Source: Acidobacteriota bacterium (lineage in GTDB: Bacteria > Acidobacteriota > UBA6911 > RPQK01 > JADFOI01). Taken from it: a stretch of DNA of 64,000 nt. The notes under the pieces were generated by a model. It saw nothing but the letters and a program-made list of their open reading frames with translations, made no database searches and was not told the DNA's origin. Positions 8,212 to 17,907 of this stretch are shown piece by piece. The translations under genes were made by a program, and so were the position numbers. Positions within the stretch are counted from its first letter, which is position 1. Each line of letters starts with the position of its first letter. Location: the NCBI GenBank assembly GCA_036338435.1, contig JAYZCG010000009.1, positions 7,733 through 71,732 of the forward strand, in the 5' to 3' direction.

Positions 8212-9720
8212 ATGAAAAGTACAAAAAATCAAACTCAGCACAATACTGTTACAGATCCGTCTAATGAGCAGACTATCCAGCTAGATTTGCGGGATTGGAT
8301 AGAGGAAATCAGAGAGCTAGGGAAATTAAAGGAAATACCAAGAGCCTCATGGGACCTGGAGATAGGCATTTTAACTGATCTCAATGTTAAATCCCATAAA
8401 TGGACACTCCTGTTTGATGAAATTGAAGATTATCCTGCCGGATATCGACTTCTGACGGGTTGTTGTCTCGACGCAAGTCGGGTTGCCCTGACCCTTGGTT
8501 TGTCTCCAAAATTAAATGATCTACAACTGGTCGAGGCATTGCGTCCCAAGCTGGATAAGATTGACTCCAACATCGGTCAGTTTCCTTTCATAGAGGTTTC
8601 GGATGCTCCGTTCCTGCAAAACCGCCAAGTAGGATCAGCAATTGACCTCGAGGCATTACCGGCCATGAGGTGGCATGAAAAGGATGGGGGACGCTATCTG
8701 GGCACCGTTGATGCGGTCGTCACTCGTGATCCAGATTCCGATTGGATTAATGTCGGAACCTATCGGATGATGATCCACGACAAACAACACCTGGGAACAC
8801 ATATCAATGTGTCTCACCACGCACGCCTGCATGCAGAAAAGTATTGGTCCCGTGGAGAAGACTGTCCAATAGCTATTTCTCTAGGTCAGCATCCTCTCAT
8901 TTCGCTTCTGGCTGGAATGGAAATACCTGTAGGAGTTTGTGAATATGATTACGCTGGCAGTCTATTATTGAGTCAATATCCGGTTGTGAAAGGACCCATC
9001 ACCAATCTACCTATCCCAGCAGATAGCGAGATTGTAGTGGAAGGATATCTCACTCAGGAATTAAGGAAAGAAGGGCCCTTCGGGGAATTTATGGGCTACT
9101 ATGCAGGAGGCACCATTGAAAATCCAGTGATCAGAGTAGAAGCGGTTTATTTTCGGGACAACCCCATCATCCTAGGCACAGCCGGTGGGCGACCTCCATA
9201 CGATTACTCGTATTATCGCTGCCCTCTCCGGTCAGCAATGCTTTGGAATGCTTTGGAAAAATCTGGAGTATCTGGAATAAAAGGGGTCTGGTGTCACGAA
9301 GCTGGCTATTCTCGTGCTCTTAACGTTTTGGCGCTGGAACAAGCCTACATGGGACATGCCGAGCAAGTTGGACATCTCGCTTCCCAGCTTCCGGAAGGTG
9401 TTTTCGGAGGCAAGTACGTAGTGGTGGTAGACTCGGACATCGATCCTTCCGACACCGACCAGGTGCTATGGGCGATTTGTTCCAGAACCGACCCAGCTGA
9501 AAATATTGAATTCATTCGTAATTCGTGGGGGATGAATCTAGATCCGATGGTCAAGATAGAACATGACAGCCAGCTTGGAGAGCTCCGAATGTCCCGAGCC
9601 ATCATCAACGCCTGCAAACCCTTCGACCGATTCATACGCGGGGACTTTCCCGAGGTCGTGGATCCTCCTGTCGAAATGAAGGATAAAATCCTGGCTAAAT
9701 GGGAGGACATCCTCGCTTAA
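8212..9720 (+). CDS. UbiD-family (prFMN-dependent) decarboxylase
   Basis: GGRYLGT, NVGTYRMM, EGPFGEFMGYY, VVVDSDIDP and LWAICSRTDP motifs. Confidence 0.92.
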   Translation: MKSTKNQTQHNTVTDPSNEQTIQLDLRDWIEEIRELGKLKEIPRASWDLEIGILTDLNVKSHKWTLLFDEIEDYPAGYRLLTGCCLDASRVALTLGLSPKLNDLQLVEALRPKLDKIDSNIGQFPFIEVSDAPFLQNRQVGSAIDLEALPAMRWHEKDGGRYLGTVDAVVTRDPDSDWINVGTYRMMIHDKQHLGTHINVSHHARLHAEKYWSRGEDCPIAISLGQHPLISLLAGMEIPVGVCEYDYAGSLLLSQYPVVKGPITNLPIPADSEIVVEGYLTQELRKEGPFGEFMGYYAGGTIENPVIRVEAVYFRDNPIILGTAGGRPPYDYSYYRCPLRSAMLWNALEKSGVSGIKGVWCHEAGYSRALNVLALEQAYMGHAEQVGHLASQLPEGVFGGKYVVVVDSDIDPSDTDQVLWAICSRTDPAENIEFIRNSWGMNLDPMVKIEHDSQLGELRMSRAIINACKPFDRFIRGDFPEVVDPPVEMKDKILAKWEDILA

Positions 9721-9798
9721 TAAAATAAGCCAACCTACTAAACGAGTGCCCCGTCAAGAAAGTGGAAAGTTCGTAGATTTGCACGACGGTTCCGCAGG

Positions 9799-10359
9799 CT
9801 AATGCATGTAGAAGAAACATGCAAACATGGGGAGGGCAACTATGACATTGCCGGCCTTAACTTCAACGTTTTGAATGTTCTCTCCATTAGCGTTTTCCAA
9901 AGAAGCCTCCACAATACTGACGAGAAAGTCCTGACTTTCACTCATCTCTTCTGAAGAATCAAAAATAATTTCCAGTAGAGTTCCCTCCACAATGGCTTGA
10001 GGTGAGTCTAATTCAATGGATACGGTCCCGATTGAGCCCTGAACTTCACTCAGTGATTCTACAACGGCGTTCAGGATAAGACCTTCCGTTTCCACCACGG
10101 GGGATCTTATTTCTGCAAAACTCATAACAGTTAATGGAAACTGAACCTTCAGTCTCATGTGTCGAACATCTTGATCTTCCAGCCCATCCACCTCAATCGG
10201 TATGGCCACTGCACGGCCAGCCTCACCAACCGTATCTCGCACCGATATAATAGGATTTTTGGACTCCTGCCCGGACATAGGAACCGAGAATAGTGTAAGG
10301 ATAACGGCTACTAGGCAGGTCTTCAACCACCTATGAGTAAGAATTTTGGAGAAGGCCAT
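9799..10359 (-). CDS. Secreted cohesin-like protein with C-terminal CFFYMH tail (copy 2)
   Basis: Likely start ATG 10359 (MAFSKILTHRWLKTCLVAVILTLFSVPMSG signal peptide); the ORF track extends to 10446. Contains VQFPLTVMSF and GTLLEIIF; ends ALPMFACFFYMH*. Confidence 0.75.
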   Translation of the reverse strand: MAFSKILTHRWLKTCLVAVILTLFSVPMSGQESKNPIISVRDTVGEAGRAVAIPIEVDGLEDQDVRHMRLKVQFPLTVMSFAEIRSPVVETEGLILNAVVESLSEVQGSIGTVSIELDSPQAIVEGTLLEIIFDSSEEMSESQDFLVSIVEASLENANGENIQNVEVKAGNVIVALPMFACFFYMH

Positions 10360-10568
10360 CTTATGTCCATTTGACTGACAGAAGGGGATATACAATCGAT
10401 ACTGTAGAAAAATTCCCACTCCCCAATTATAGCGCCCCTTCACCAAGGCCAGTCTTCCCTACGAATCAGGCTGTAATGTTAAGGAAGGAAGCTTGCTCTC
10501 CTTGACATTACCCCTACAACAAAAACAAACAAATGAGCATCTGTACGCAACACCAGCCAAAGTAGGAT

Positions 10569-12332
10569 CTAACCGTAGTTTGGATACTCCACTTTTTGAT
10601 TGGGATCCTTGTCAGGGTTGATATAAACAAACTTGCCCCCGATCATGGTCATCAAAACTGGAATGTCCCTGATCTTTTCCTTGGGCACCGTCAATATATC
10701 TTGCCCTAATACTACTAGGTCGGCTAACTTTCCAGTCTCTATAGAACCTTTAACATCTTCCTCAAAAGATGCATAAGCAGGGACAATAGTGCAAGCGCGG
10801 ATAGCCTCCTCTAAAGTCATACGCTCCTCTGGCTGAATGACCTTTCCTGATTTTCTAAACCGATTCACAGAAGCCCAAATAGTGTTGAGCGGTCCGATAG
10901 GTTTTTGATCCGTTCCCGTCATGACTTTAATTCCGCTATCCAAGTACGTTCTGGTGGGAATTGGTCCGTATCTTCCCGGCTCTACCTGGTTCTCCAAATC
11001 GTCGCTGGCGCGTAACAAACTACTCGTTTGAGGTTCCACCAACACATCATACTTCTTAAGAACCTCAATGTTTTCCCTGGAGGGATAACGAGCATGAGTT
11101 ATAACATGGCGAGCATCCTCACGTGGAAATTCTCGGTATGCCTCCTCCAGCGACTCGGTCACCACATCGAAGGATTCACCTCCACCAAGGTGAATGAACA
11201 TCTGCCAACCCGATTTGTGAGCAGCCTTGATGATAGCTTTCACCTTGTCCGGAGGAACACGCATTCCAGAACCATCCACGCTAATTTTTAGAGTCCCAAC
11301 CCGCAAGGAATCATTGCGAAATTCTGGAGCAAATAGAAAGCTGTCCAAAAAGGCCAGGTTCTGTTCTAGGGTTTCCACCCTAATGGGCATACGGATCATC
11401 GCATTGATTCGAACCGTCAATTTACCCTGTCGACTGAGACGCTGGTAGGCTTGCAGACCCGGCTGGTTGTCCATGGCCTTACCTATGTTGGTGCAGGGAT
11501 CATATAAACTGGTAAGTCCCTGCTTTACAACCGCTTTCGATCCTCTCAAGATATTTTCTTCCAGTACCTCAGTAGGATACAAATTAAAGGGTCCACGGGC
11601 TAATGTAGTCGCTCCTTTTTCCCTCAAAACCCCAGTTGGCTCACCAGTCTCAGGATCCTTCACAATCTCCCCTGCGAAGCCTCTCTCAGTAGGTTGAGGA
11701 GTATCCTTGGTGATGGTACCTACCATGTCTATTAATTTACTGTTTACAATCGTAGTATGATCCGCCCCAAAACCTAGAATAACAGGGTTATCCGGCGATA
11801 CCGGATCTAAATCATATCGTGTAGGCCATCGCTTTTCAGCGAGTTCGCTGGAACTTCGCACTCCACGAGAAAACCAAACAATCTCTCCGGGGGGTGTTTG
11901 TTCCACCTTCATTTGTAGTGCTTTTCTAACTGCCTCAATGGAACGTGCTTCACTAAACATGTCCTCGTAACGATCACTTGTCTTGCCCACCTTGTGGGCA
12001 AAGTGAACGTGGGGATCATTAAAGCCTGGGAGCACCGTACGACCCTCTAGATCAATCTCCTCTGTATTAGGTCCGATCAGTGCTTTGATGTCAGCATTGG
12101 TCCCAACAGCAATGAACCTGCCATCCTTAATGGCTACTGCTTCAGCAATACTGAATTCTTCATCGACAGTGACAATTTTGCCATTAAACAAAACCTTGTC
12201 AGGTTTCAGTGCATCCAGAGGATCAGCCGTAGCACCTATGACCGTGAAAATGCCAGGATGTAAGGCATTCAATCCTAATACGGCCACCAACAACAAACCG
12301 AACAACGCCGAATTTCTTGCAGACTTTTTCAT
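10569..12332 (-). CDS. Exported YtcJ-like metal-dependent amidohydrolase (Amidohydro_3), paralog A
   Basis: Start ATG 12332 with GGAAGGAG RBS; signal peptide. Motifs PGFNDPHVH, GTLKISVDG, MFIH, VITHA, GTDQKP and GSIETGKLADLVVL. Confidence 0.9.
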   Translation of the reverse strand: MKKSARNSALFGLLLVAVLGLNALHPGIFTVIGATADPLDALKPDKVLFNGKIVTVDEEFSIAEAVAIKDGRFIAVGTNADIKALIGPNTEEIDLEGRTVLPGFNDPHVHFAHKVGKTSDRYEDMFSEARSIEAVRKALQMKVEQTPPGEIVWFSRGVRSSSELAEKRWPTRYDLDPVSPDNPVILGFGADHTTIVNSKLIDMVGTITKDTPQPTERGFAGEIVKDPETGEPTGVLREKGATTLARGPFNLYPTEVLEENILRGSKAVVKQGLTSLYDPCTNIGKAMDNQPGLQAYQRLSRQGKLTVRINAMIRMPIRVETLEQNLAFLDSFLFAPEFRNDSLRVGTLKISVDGSGMRVPPDKVKAIIKAAHKSGWQMFIHLGGGESFDVVTESLEEAYREFPREDARHVITHARYPSRENIEVLKKYDVLVEPQTSSLLRASDDLENQVEPGRYGPIPTRTYLDSGIKVMTGTDQKPIGPLNTIWASVNRFRKSGKVIQPEERMTLEEAIRACTIVPAYASFEEDVKGSIETGKLADLVVLGQDILTVPKEKIRDIPVLMTMIGGKFVYINPDKDPNQKVEYPNYG

Positions 12333-12628
12333 GCTTATCTCCTTCCCTCCGTGACAACGTTCCCACATCTTGTGGCGGTGTGCAAGGTAATAGTCTCATC
12401 GTCCATTACCTTGTCTCCCCATAGTACTCAGCAATCCGGACACCTATGATATCCATTAAAGCAAAAGTACATTCGCACATCGGGCAGGATGGATTATTCC
12501 CCCCGACGGGCACATGCCCTCCAATCCATGTTGTTCATGCATTAGACCAGCAATTTTATTGATATCTAGCCGGTGAAATGCATGTGCGGATCAAAGCTGG
12601 ATTCAACAAAAATGCGGCCACACACGAG

Positions 12629-13120
12629 TTAACTGGTGATCACTTCACTGTCCAGTAGATACTGTAAAGGTAGTGCTGTAGTCTCTTTGTGGGTTGATAA
12701 GATGAGGTTGCTCCGTGTCGTTCTCACACCGGGCCATGACTGGATCTCTGCCAAAAGTTTCTCGAAGGTGCTCGTATTATGAGTTCTAATTTTCAGAATA
12801 TGAGACCCCTCGCCTGTAATCGCATGACACTCCAAGATCTCGTCGAAGGCGGCAGTACGTTCAATGATCTTAGGGTAATGTTTGGGAGACTCCGAAGTCA
12901 GAACGATGAAAGCCGTGATGTCAAGGTGCACTTTCTCAGCTTCAATCACAGCATTTATGCTGCGGATGAAACCAGCGTCACTGAGTTTACGGATCCGTTC
13001 ACTCACCGATGGAATGGAAAGTTTAACTTCTTCCGCCATTTCACTACGGCTACTCTGTCCATGGGTCTGCAGAATTTCCAAGATCCTGAGATCTATCTCA
13101 TCCAGCTTGTGTCCACTCAT
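12629..13120 (-). CDS. Lrp/AsnC family transcriptional regulator
   Basis: LDEIDLRILEILQ...LSIPSVSERIRKL HTH; ECHAITGEGSHILKI. Confidence 0.93.
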   Translation of the reverse strand: MSGHKLDEIDLRILEILQTHGQSSRSEMAEEVKLSIPSVSERIRKLSDAGFIRSINAVIEAEKVHLDITAFIVLTSESPKHYPKIIERTAAFDEILECHAITGEGSHILKIRTHNTSTFEKLLAEIQSWPGVRTTRSNLILSTHKETTALPLQYLLDSEVITS

Positions 13121-13218
13121 AAATTCAATTCCTTAAATTCTTCACCGTAGTGCATTGGTCGATCACTCGGAGTACCGTGCCGAAAGATCAAGAGATCTAT
13201 AAAAAATCACAACAGCTT

Positions 13219-14649
13219 TTAAAGATCAAAATAAAGCCCAAACTCTGCAGGATGCGGTCTGAGACGAACATGATCCACCTCATTTTCCCGTTTGTAACCA
13301 ATCCACTTTCTCAACAAATCTTCCGTAAAAACATCGCCCTTCAAGAGGTATTCATGATCTTTTTCTAGAGCATCAAGGACACTTTCTAAGGAGCCTGGCA
13401 CGGACTTTACCTGCCCCTTTTCTTCCGGAGACAACTCATACAGATCTCTATCAATAGGTGTTGGAGGGCTAATCTGGTTGTCAATCCCATCCAAACCTGC
13501 CATCACAATGGCCGCAAAGGCAAGATACGGATTACATGAAGCATCCGGAGTTCGAAATTCGATCCTCTTTGCTTTTTCGCTTGCGTGATACATGGGGATG
13601 CGGACACAGGCACTACGATTGCGCTGAGAATAAACAAGATTTATTGGTGCTTCGTAACCGGGAACAAGTCTTCTGAATGAGTTGGTGGTTGGATTCGTAA
13701 AGGCCAACAAACTTGAACAATGATGCAGTATTCCCCCTACAAAAAACTCTCCTAATGCACTCAGACCAGCATAACGATCTGGTCCAAAAAAAAGATTCTT
13801 TCCCTCCTTCCACAAACTGACGTGAACGTGCATTCCAGAACCGTTGTCCATGAAGATCGGCTTGGGCATAAAGGTGACCGTCTTGTTATGACGACGAGCC
13901 TCATTTTTGACAACGTATTTATACTTCATCAGACTATCCGCAGTGTGGATCAAGGTGTTGAATCGAATATCGATTTCAGCCTGTCCAGCGGTTCCTACTT
14001 CATGATGATGACATTCAGCCTCCACGCCAATCTCCAACATCGTTTTCACCATGGTGGAACGTAGATCCTGGTAATGATCCATAGGAGGTGTCGGAAAGTA
14101 GCCCTCTTTGTACCGAGGCTTGTATCCCAGATTCGGTTCGTCACCATTCCCTGAGTTCCAGAACCCTTCTACGGAGTCGACAGAGTAAAAACCGTGATTG
14201 GGGGTCTGGTCAAATCGGACATCATCAAAAATATAAAATTCAGCTTCCGGACCAAAATATGCCTCATCGGCAATCCCCATCCCATTTAGATATTCTTCAG
14301 CCTTTCGGGCGACATTACGTGGATCACGGGAGTAGATCTCTAGCGTGATTGGATCTTCAACAGAACAAATGAAGCTCAAAGTCACGTGCTCTGTGAATGG
14401 GTCGATGAAGGCTGTCCTTATGTCCGGTTTGAGCAACATGTCACTCTCGTTAATTGACTGAAATCCACGTATCGACGAACCGTCAAACCCTACCCCACTA
14501 ACAAATAAATCTTCGTCTAACCCTCCAGCAGGTATGGAAAAATGGTGCATGAGGCCAGGAAGATCGGTAAATTTCAAATCTATGAATTCAACTTTTTGTT
14601 CTTTTACCAGCTTGGTGACATCTTGAAATGTTTTGGGCTCTGTAATCAT
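13219..14649 (-). CDS. glnA: Glutamine synthetase type I
   Basis: [61 protein letters not shown] and the DRDLYEL adenylylation site. Confidence 0.97.
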   Translation of the reverse strand: MITEPKTFQDVTKLVKEQKVEFIDLKFTDLPGLMHHFSIPAGGLDEDLFVSGVGFDGSSIRGFQSINESDMLLKPDIRTAFIDPFTEHVTLSFICSVEDPITLEIYSRDPRNVARKAEEYLNGMGIADEAYFGPEAEFYIFDDVRFDQTPNHGFYSVDSVEGFWNSGNGDEPNLGYKPRYKEGYFPTPPMDHYQDLRSTMVKTMLEIGVEAECHHHEVGTAGQAEIDIRFNTLIHTADSLMKYKYVVKNEARRHNKTVTFMPKPIFMDNGSGMHVHVSLWKEGKNLFFGPDRYAGLSALGEFFVGGILHHCSSLLAFTNPTTNSFRRLVPGYEAPINLVYSQRNRSACVRIPMYHASEKAKRIEFRTPDASCNPYLAFAAIVMAGLDGIDNQISPPTPIDRDLYELSPEEKGQVKSVPGSLESVLDALEKDHEYLLKGDVFTEDLLRKWIGYKRENEVDHVRLRPHPAEFGLYFDL

Positions 14650-14845
14650 AGTTTTCCTCTTTTCCTAGTTTAGATTTAGCCGACAGCTTCTGCACTACAA
14701 CAATCTAAATGATTTTCCAGTATAAAAACCTTACAAACATTATGAAATGAGAGAAAATTAAATAAAAAACATAAAATAAGCTTATTACCTTTATTTATTA
14801 ATGGTTACAAGCTTGTTTCATATTAATAAATATGGGTTTATGTCA

Positions 14846-14872
14846 TTTATACCAAAAAAATATTGGTATAAA
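14846..14872. promoter_or_regulatory. Perfect inverted repeat, candidate operator upstream of glnA
   Basis: TTTATACCAA-N7-TTGGTATAAA in an AT-rich intergenic stretch about 200 bp upstream of the glnA start. Confidence 0.5.
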
Positions 14873-15157
14873 ATTTTGAATTGTCGATATGGACGATAGC
14901 ATGCTAAACACAAAAATTTGGCTGCCACTATGGCAGAATGCGAACGCATCACGCAGAGTCAGTCATCAGGTCCACCAACAAACGATATGGACGAATGAGA
15001 GTAATGAAGGCAAGGTGAAATGGGCGTAGCTATCACAAACCGACCCCCTGCACTGAAGAAAACCCATCAGTCTTTCTCCAGACATGTGCCTGGCTAGCTT
15101 GCTTTAAATTTGGCTTCGTACGACCTGATCCAGAAGTAGTGTGGTGACATTTAGCGT

Positions 15158-15610
15158 CTAGGAATCTAGGGACTCGATCCCTCTCTGGATGCCGTCAACA
15201 AACTTTTCTAGATTCTTTTTGGCAACCCTTTCGAGAAGCCCTCCGCCACCGAAGGAGGCCAATTTACCCCCGACGGCGATGTCCCCGGACCAAATCACTT
15301 TTGTTTCCCCGGGCCCTGCCTCCTCAAGAGTGAAGTGAGTCGTCATATCCACAACACTGGCAAGACCTGATCCACGACCCACGACTTTTGCACTTACCGG
15401 TGATTCCTTGTCGAGGATCTGAAGCTTCATGACCATCGCACCCTTAATATAGGAAACTCCAACCTTAGCCTTCACTGTAAAGTTAGTTTGATCTTGAATG
15501 TCAACCTCCTCTACATCAGGCAGATAGTTACTAACCTGTTCGGGATCAATTAAGAATCCGTATGCCTTTTCTCGATCAGCTTTGACTATAAATTCCCCTT
15601 CCAATAGCAT
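15158..15610 (-). CDS. CoxG-like (SRPBCC) protein
   Basis: MLLEGEFIVKA, LIDPEQVSNYLP and GDIAVGGKLASFG, typical of CoxG. Confidence 0.85.
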   Translation of the reverse strand: MLLEGEFIVKADREKAYGFLIDPEQVSNYLPDVEEVDIQDQTNFTVKAKVGVSYIKGAMVMKLQILDKESPVSAKVVGRGSGLASVVDMTTHFTLEEAGPGETKVIWSGDIAVGGKLASFGGGGLLERVAKKNLEKFVDGIQRGIESLDS

Positions 15611-15710
15611 TAGCGTCTTTCTCCTAACATGTTAGATGTTGTTTTGCATTGAGCCATTTCAATGAATCTATCCCAACGAGTCTATCTTATAGCAAAGCAT
15701 CCCCTTCAGA

Positions 15711-16145
15711 TCAAAAAGTCGCCTTCTTCTCAAAGAAGTGATCTACGGCTCCTTGTGCTACAACTTGATCCTGTCCAGCTGTGCCGGCACTGATTCCTAC
15801 ACCGCCCACAACATCACCATCAATGACGATTGGAAGACCTCCGCCAATGACAGAAAATCGTCCCTGATTCGTAATGTGGATCCCGAAGGTGGGTTCACCC
15901 GGCACACATAATTGATTGTATTCATGGGTTCCCTTGCGGGCTGCGGCACCCGTGAAAGCCTTATCGATCGCAATAGAAATACTTGAAATTTTGGCTCCGT
16001 CCATTCTGGTAAAGGCAAGCAAGTTGCCTGACTCATCAGCCACTGCAATACACATCGGCACTTCAATTTCACGGGACTTTTCTTCCGCACCTTCTACTAA
16101 AATTCTAGCTTCATCTAATGAGAGCCTTTTTATACTAAGCATCAA
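15711..16145 (-). CDS. GlcG/HbpS family heme-binding protein
   Basis: CIAVADESGNLLAFTRMDGA, AIDKAFT, GGGLPI and GGVGISAGTAGQD. Confidence 0.9.
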   Translation of the reverse strand: MMLSIKRLSLDEARILVEGAEEKSREIEVPMCIAVADESGNLLAFTRMDGAKISSISIAIDKAFTGAAARKGTHEYNQLCVPGEPTFGIHITNQGRFSVIGGGLPIVIDGDVVGGVGISAGTAGQDQVVAQGAVDHFFEKKATF

Positions 16146-16307
16146 GCTACTCCTCCCTAATATTATAAACTTTCCACTCGCGACGATTCATACAATCGCA
16201 TTTGAGGCATAGAGTCAAGTATCTATGACCTAATCCAACTATGTGCTTAATCCAGCCTTGCCAACATCAAATATTTGAGTTATAAAGACCGGAGAACTGA
16301 CGTGACC

Positions 16308-17777
16308 ATGCTTAACAATCTTGGCCCTATACTGAAAGTGTTGTGCGGACCGGTTGCCTTTGGCGCCGTCTACGCAGCTCCCATGGAAGGACTTTCCTAT
16401 GAGGGACAAGTTGCTTTGGCAACCTTCGTCTGGGCAGTATTCTGGTGGATGGCCCGGCCGATACCCTGGGCGATCTCCTCATTGCTCCCTCTATTTGTTT
16501 TTCCAGCATTTCAGGTGATGTCGATTCGTGACGCTACAGGTCTCTACGGACAGAGGCTTTTCTTCTGGTTACTCGGTATTTCAATGATGGGCTACGCCTT
16601 GGAAAAACATGGAGTGGCTAAACGTATCGCACTGGTTTTTCTGCGACTCAAAGGAGTGGCAAACAGTACAGCGGCCCTTACCTTCATGTACATGCTCGTT
16701 GCCGCCGTCCTATCCTGGTTCATTGCCGATGCTGGCGTGATTGCCATGATGATGCCCATCGGGATGTCTCTTTATGCCTATATTGCCAGTGTGGGAGGCA
16801 TTAATCCTCCGGAAGGGCAAAAGAGCAGACTGGCCTCCTTTCTAGCGCTAGGGACTCTTTACGGGGCCGTTGCAGGAGGTGTAGGTACATTGGCGGGAGG
16901 CCCCCACAACGTCATCGCCGTAGCGCTTTCAGAGAGCCTAGCGGGAGAGTATGTTAGCTGGTTCAGATGGATGAAAGTGGGGGTACCCCTTTTCATCGTA
17001 CTTCTTGTCACCTTCTGGCTTCTACTCCGCTTTTTCTTCCCGCCGGAAATTAGCAAAATTCCCGGAGGGAGAGAATTTATACACGGGGAATTGCAGAAGC
17101 TAGGAAAGTTAACCCGAGGGGAAATTAATGTTCTGGTGGCTTTCGCCTGCATGGTTCTGATGTTCACAGGACCCTCAATAGTCTCCCTGGTGCTTGGAGC
17201 ACAACATCCCCTTGCCCTTTATCTGCGTGGTTCTCTAGCAACCTGGGTCGTTCCTCCGACCATTTTAATCCTCCTTTTCCTCCTGCCTGTCAACTTTAAG
17301 AAGGCAGAGGGGACACTAGTCTGGGACGATGTAGCCCAAAGAGCACCATGGAATATTATCTTCCTATGCACCGGTGGTGTGGCAATGGCCGATGCTCTTA
17401 TGGACTTTGGAGTCCTGGATTATACCCAAGGGGTCATCGGATCATTGGGTATCGGTGCAACAGGATTGCCCTTTTTGGCAGCTGGTTCCGTGGTTGTAGG
17501 CACCAACCTCTTCTCAGGAACCGCCGCTGCCACGCTATTTTGTAGCGTCTATATTCCGGCTGCAATGGATGTGGGATTCAACCCTGTCAGCATTGGCATA
17601 CTCGTGACCAATCTAGCCGTAGGCATTCTGTTCCCCTGGTCGGGCGCTTCAGCTGGAACCGCCTTTGCTTCCGGTTATCTGGACATGCAGGAGATGATTA
17701 AGGTAGGGATTGTGGGCACCGTGTTACTGATAGTACTCTCCGTGGGCATACACTTCATATTCGAGCCAATCCTCTAG
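16308..17777 (+). CDS. SLC13/DASS family anion (dicarboxylate/sulfate):Na+ symporter
   Basis: Multiple TM helices; GGVGTLAGGPHNVIA, LFSGTAAATL and PWSGASAGTAFASG. Likely start ATG 16308. Confidence 0.85.
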   Translation: MLNNLGPILKVLCGPVAFGAVYAAPMEGLSYEGQVALATFVWAVFWWMARPIPWAISSLLPLFVFPAFQVMSIRDATGLYGQRLFFWLLGISMMGYALEKHGVAKRIALVFLRLKGVANSTAALTFMYMLVAAVLSWFIADAGVIAMMMPIGMSLYAYIASVGGINPPEGQKSRLASFLALGTLYGAVAGGVGTLAGGPHNVIAVALSESLAGEYVSWFRWMKVGVPLFIVLLVTFWLLLRFFFPPEISKIPGGREFIHGELQKLGKLTRGEINVLVAFACMVLMFTGPSIVSLVLGAQHPLALYLRGSLATWVVPPTILILLFLLPVNFKKAEGTLVWDDVAQRAPWNIIFLCTGGVAMADALMDFGVLDYTQGVIGSLGIGATGLPFLAAGSVVVGTNLFSGTAAATLFCSVYIPAAMDVGFNPVSIGILVTNLAVGILFPWSGASAGTAFASGYLDMQEMIKVGIVGTVLLIVLSVGIHFIFEPIL

Positions 17778-17907
17778 GTCTGGGTTCAGGAACCGATGCG
17801 CTCTCCTCGGATACCGTGTCACGACAGGCTACAGCCAGCGCGCGAACCAAACATTAGCTAGGCTTCTCTTCTCCAAGTCAAAAACCCGTGGTGGTGGCGT
17901 GCGAAAT

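Noticed and set aside
12481-12530. Nested hairpin (ATGGATT/AATCCAT enclosing GGGCA/TGCCC)
   Set aside because: Short arms, no U-tract on either strand and no second copy seen; could be chance.
14650-15157. Sigma54 promoter or hidden small gene upstream of glnA
   Set aside because: No GG-N10-GC element in TGGCAC/TTGC context and no credible ORF with an RBS were found.
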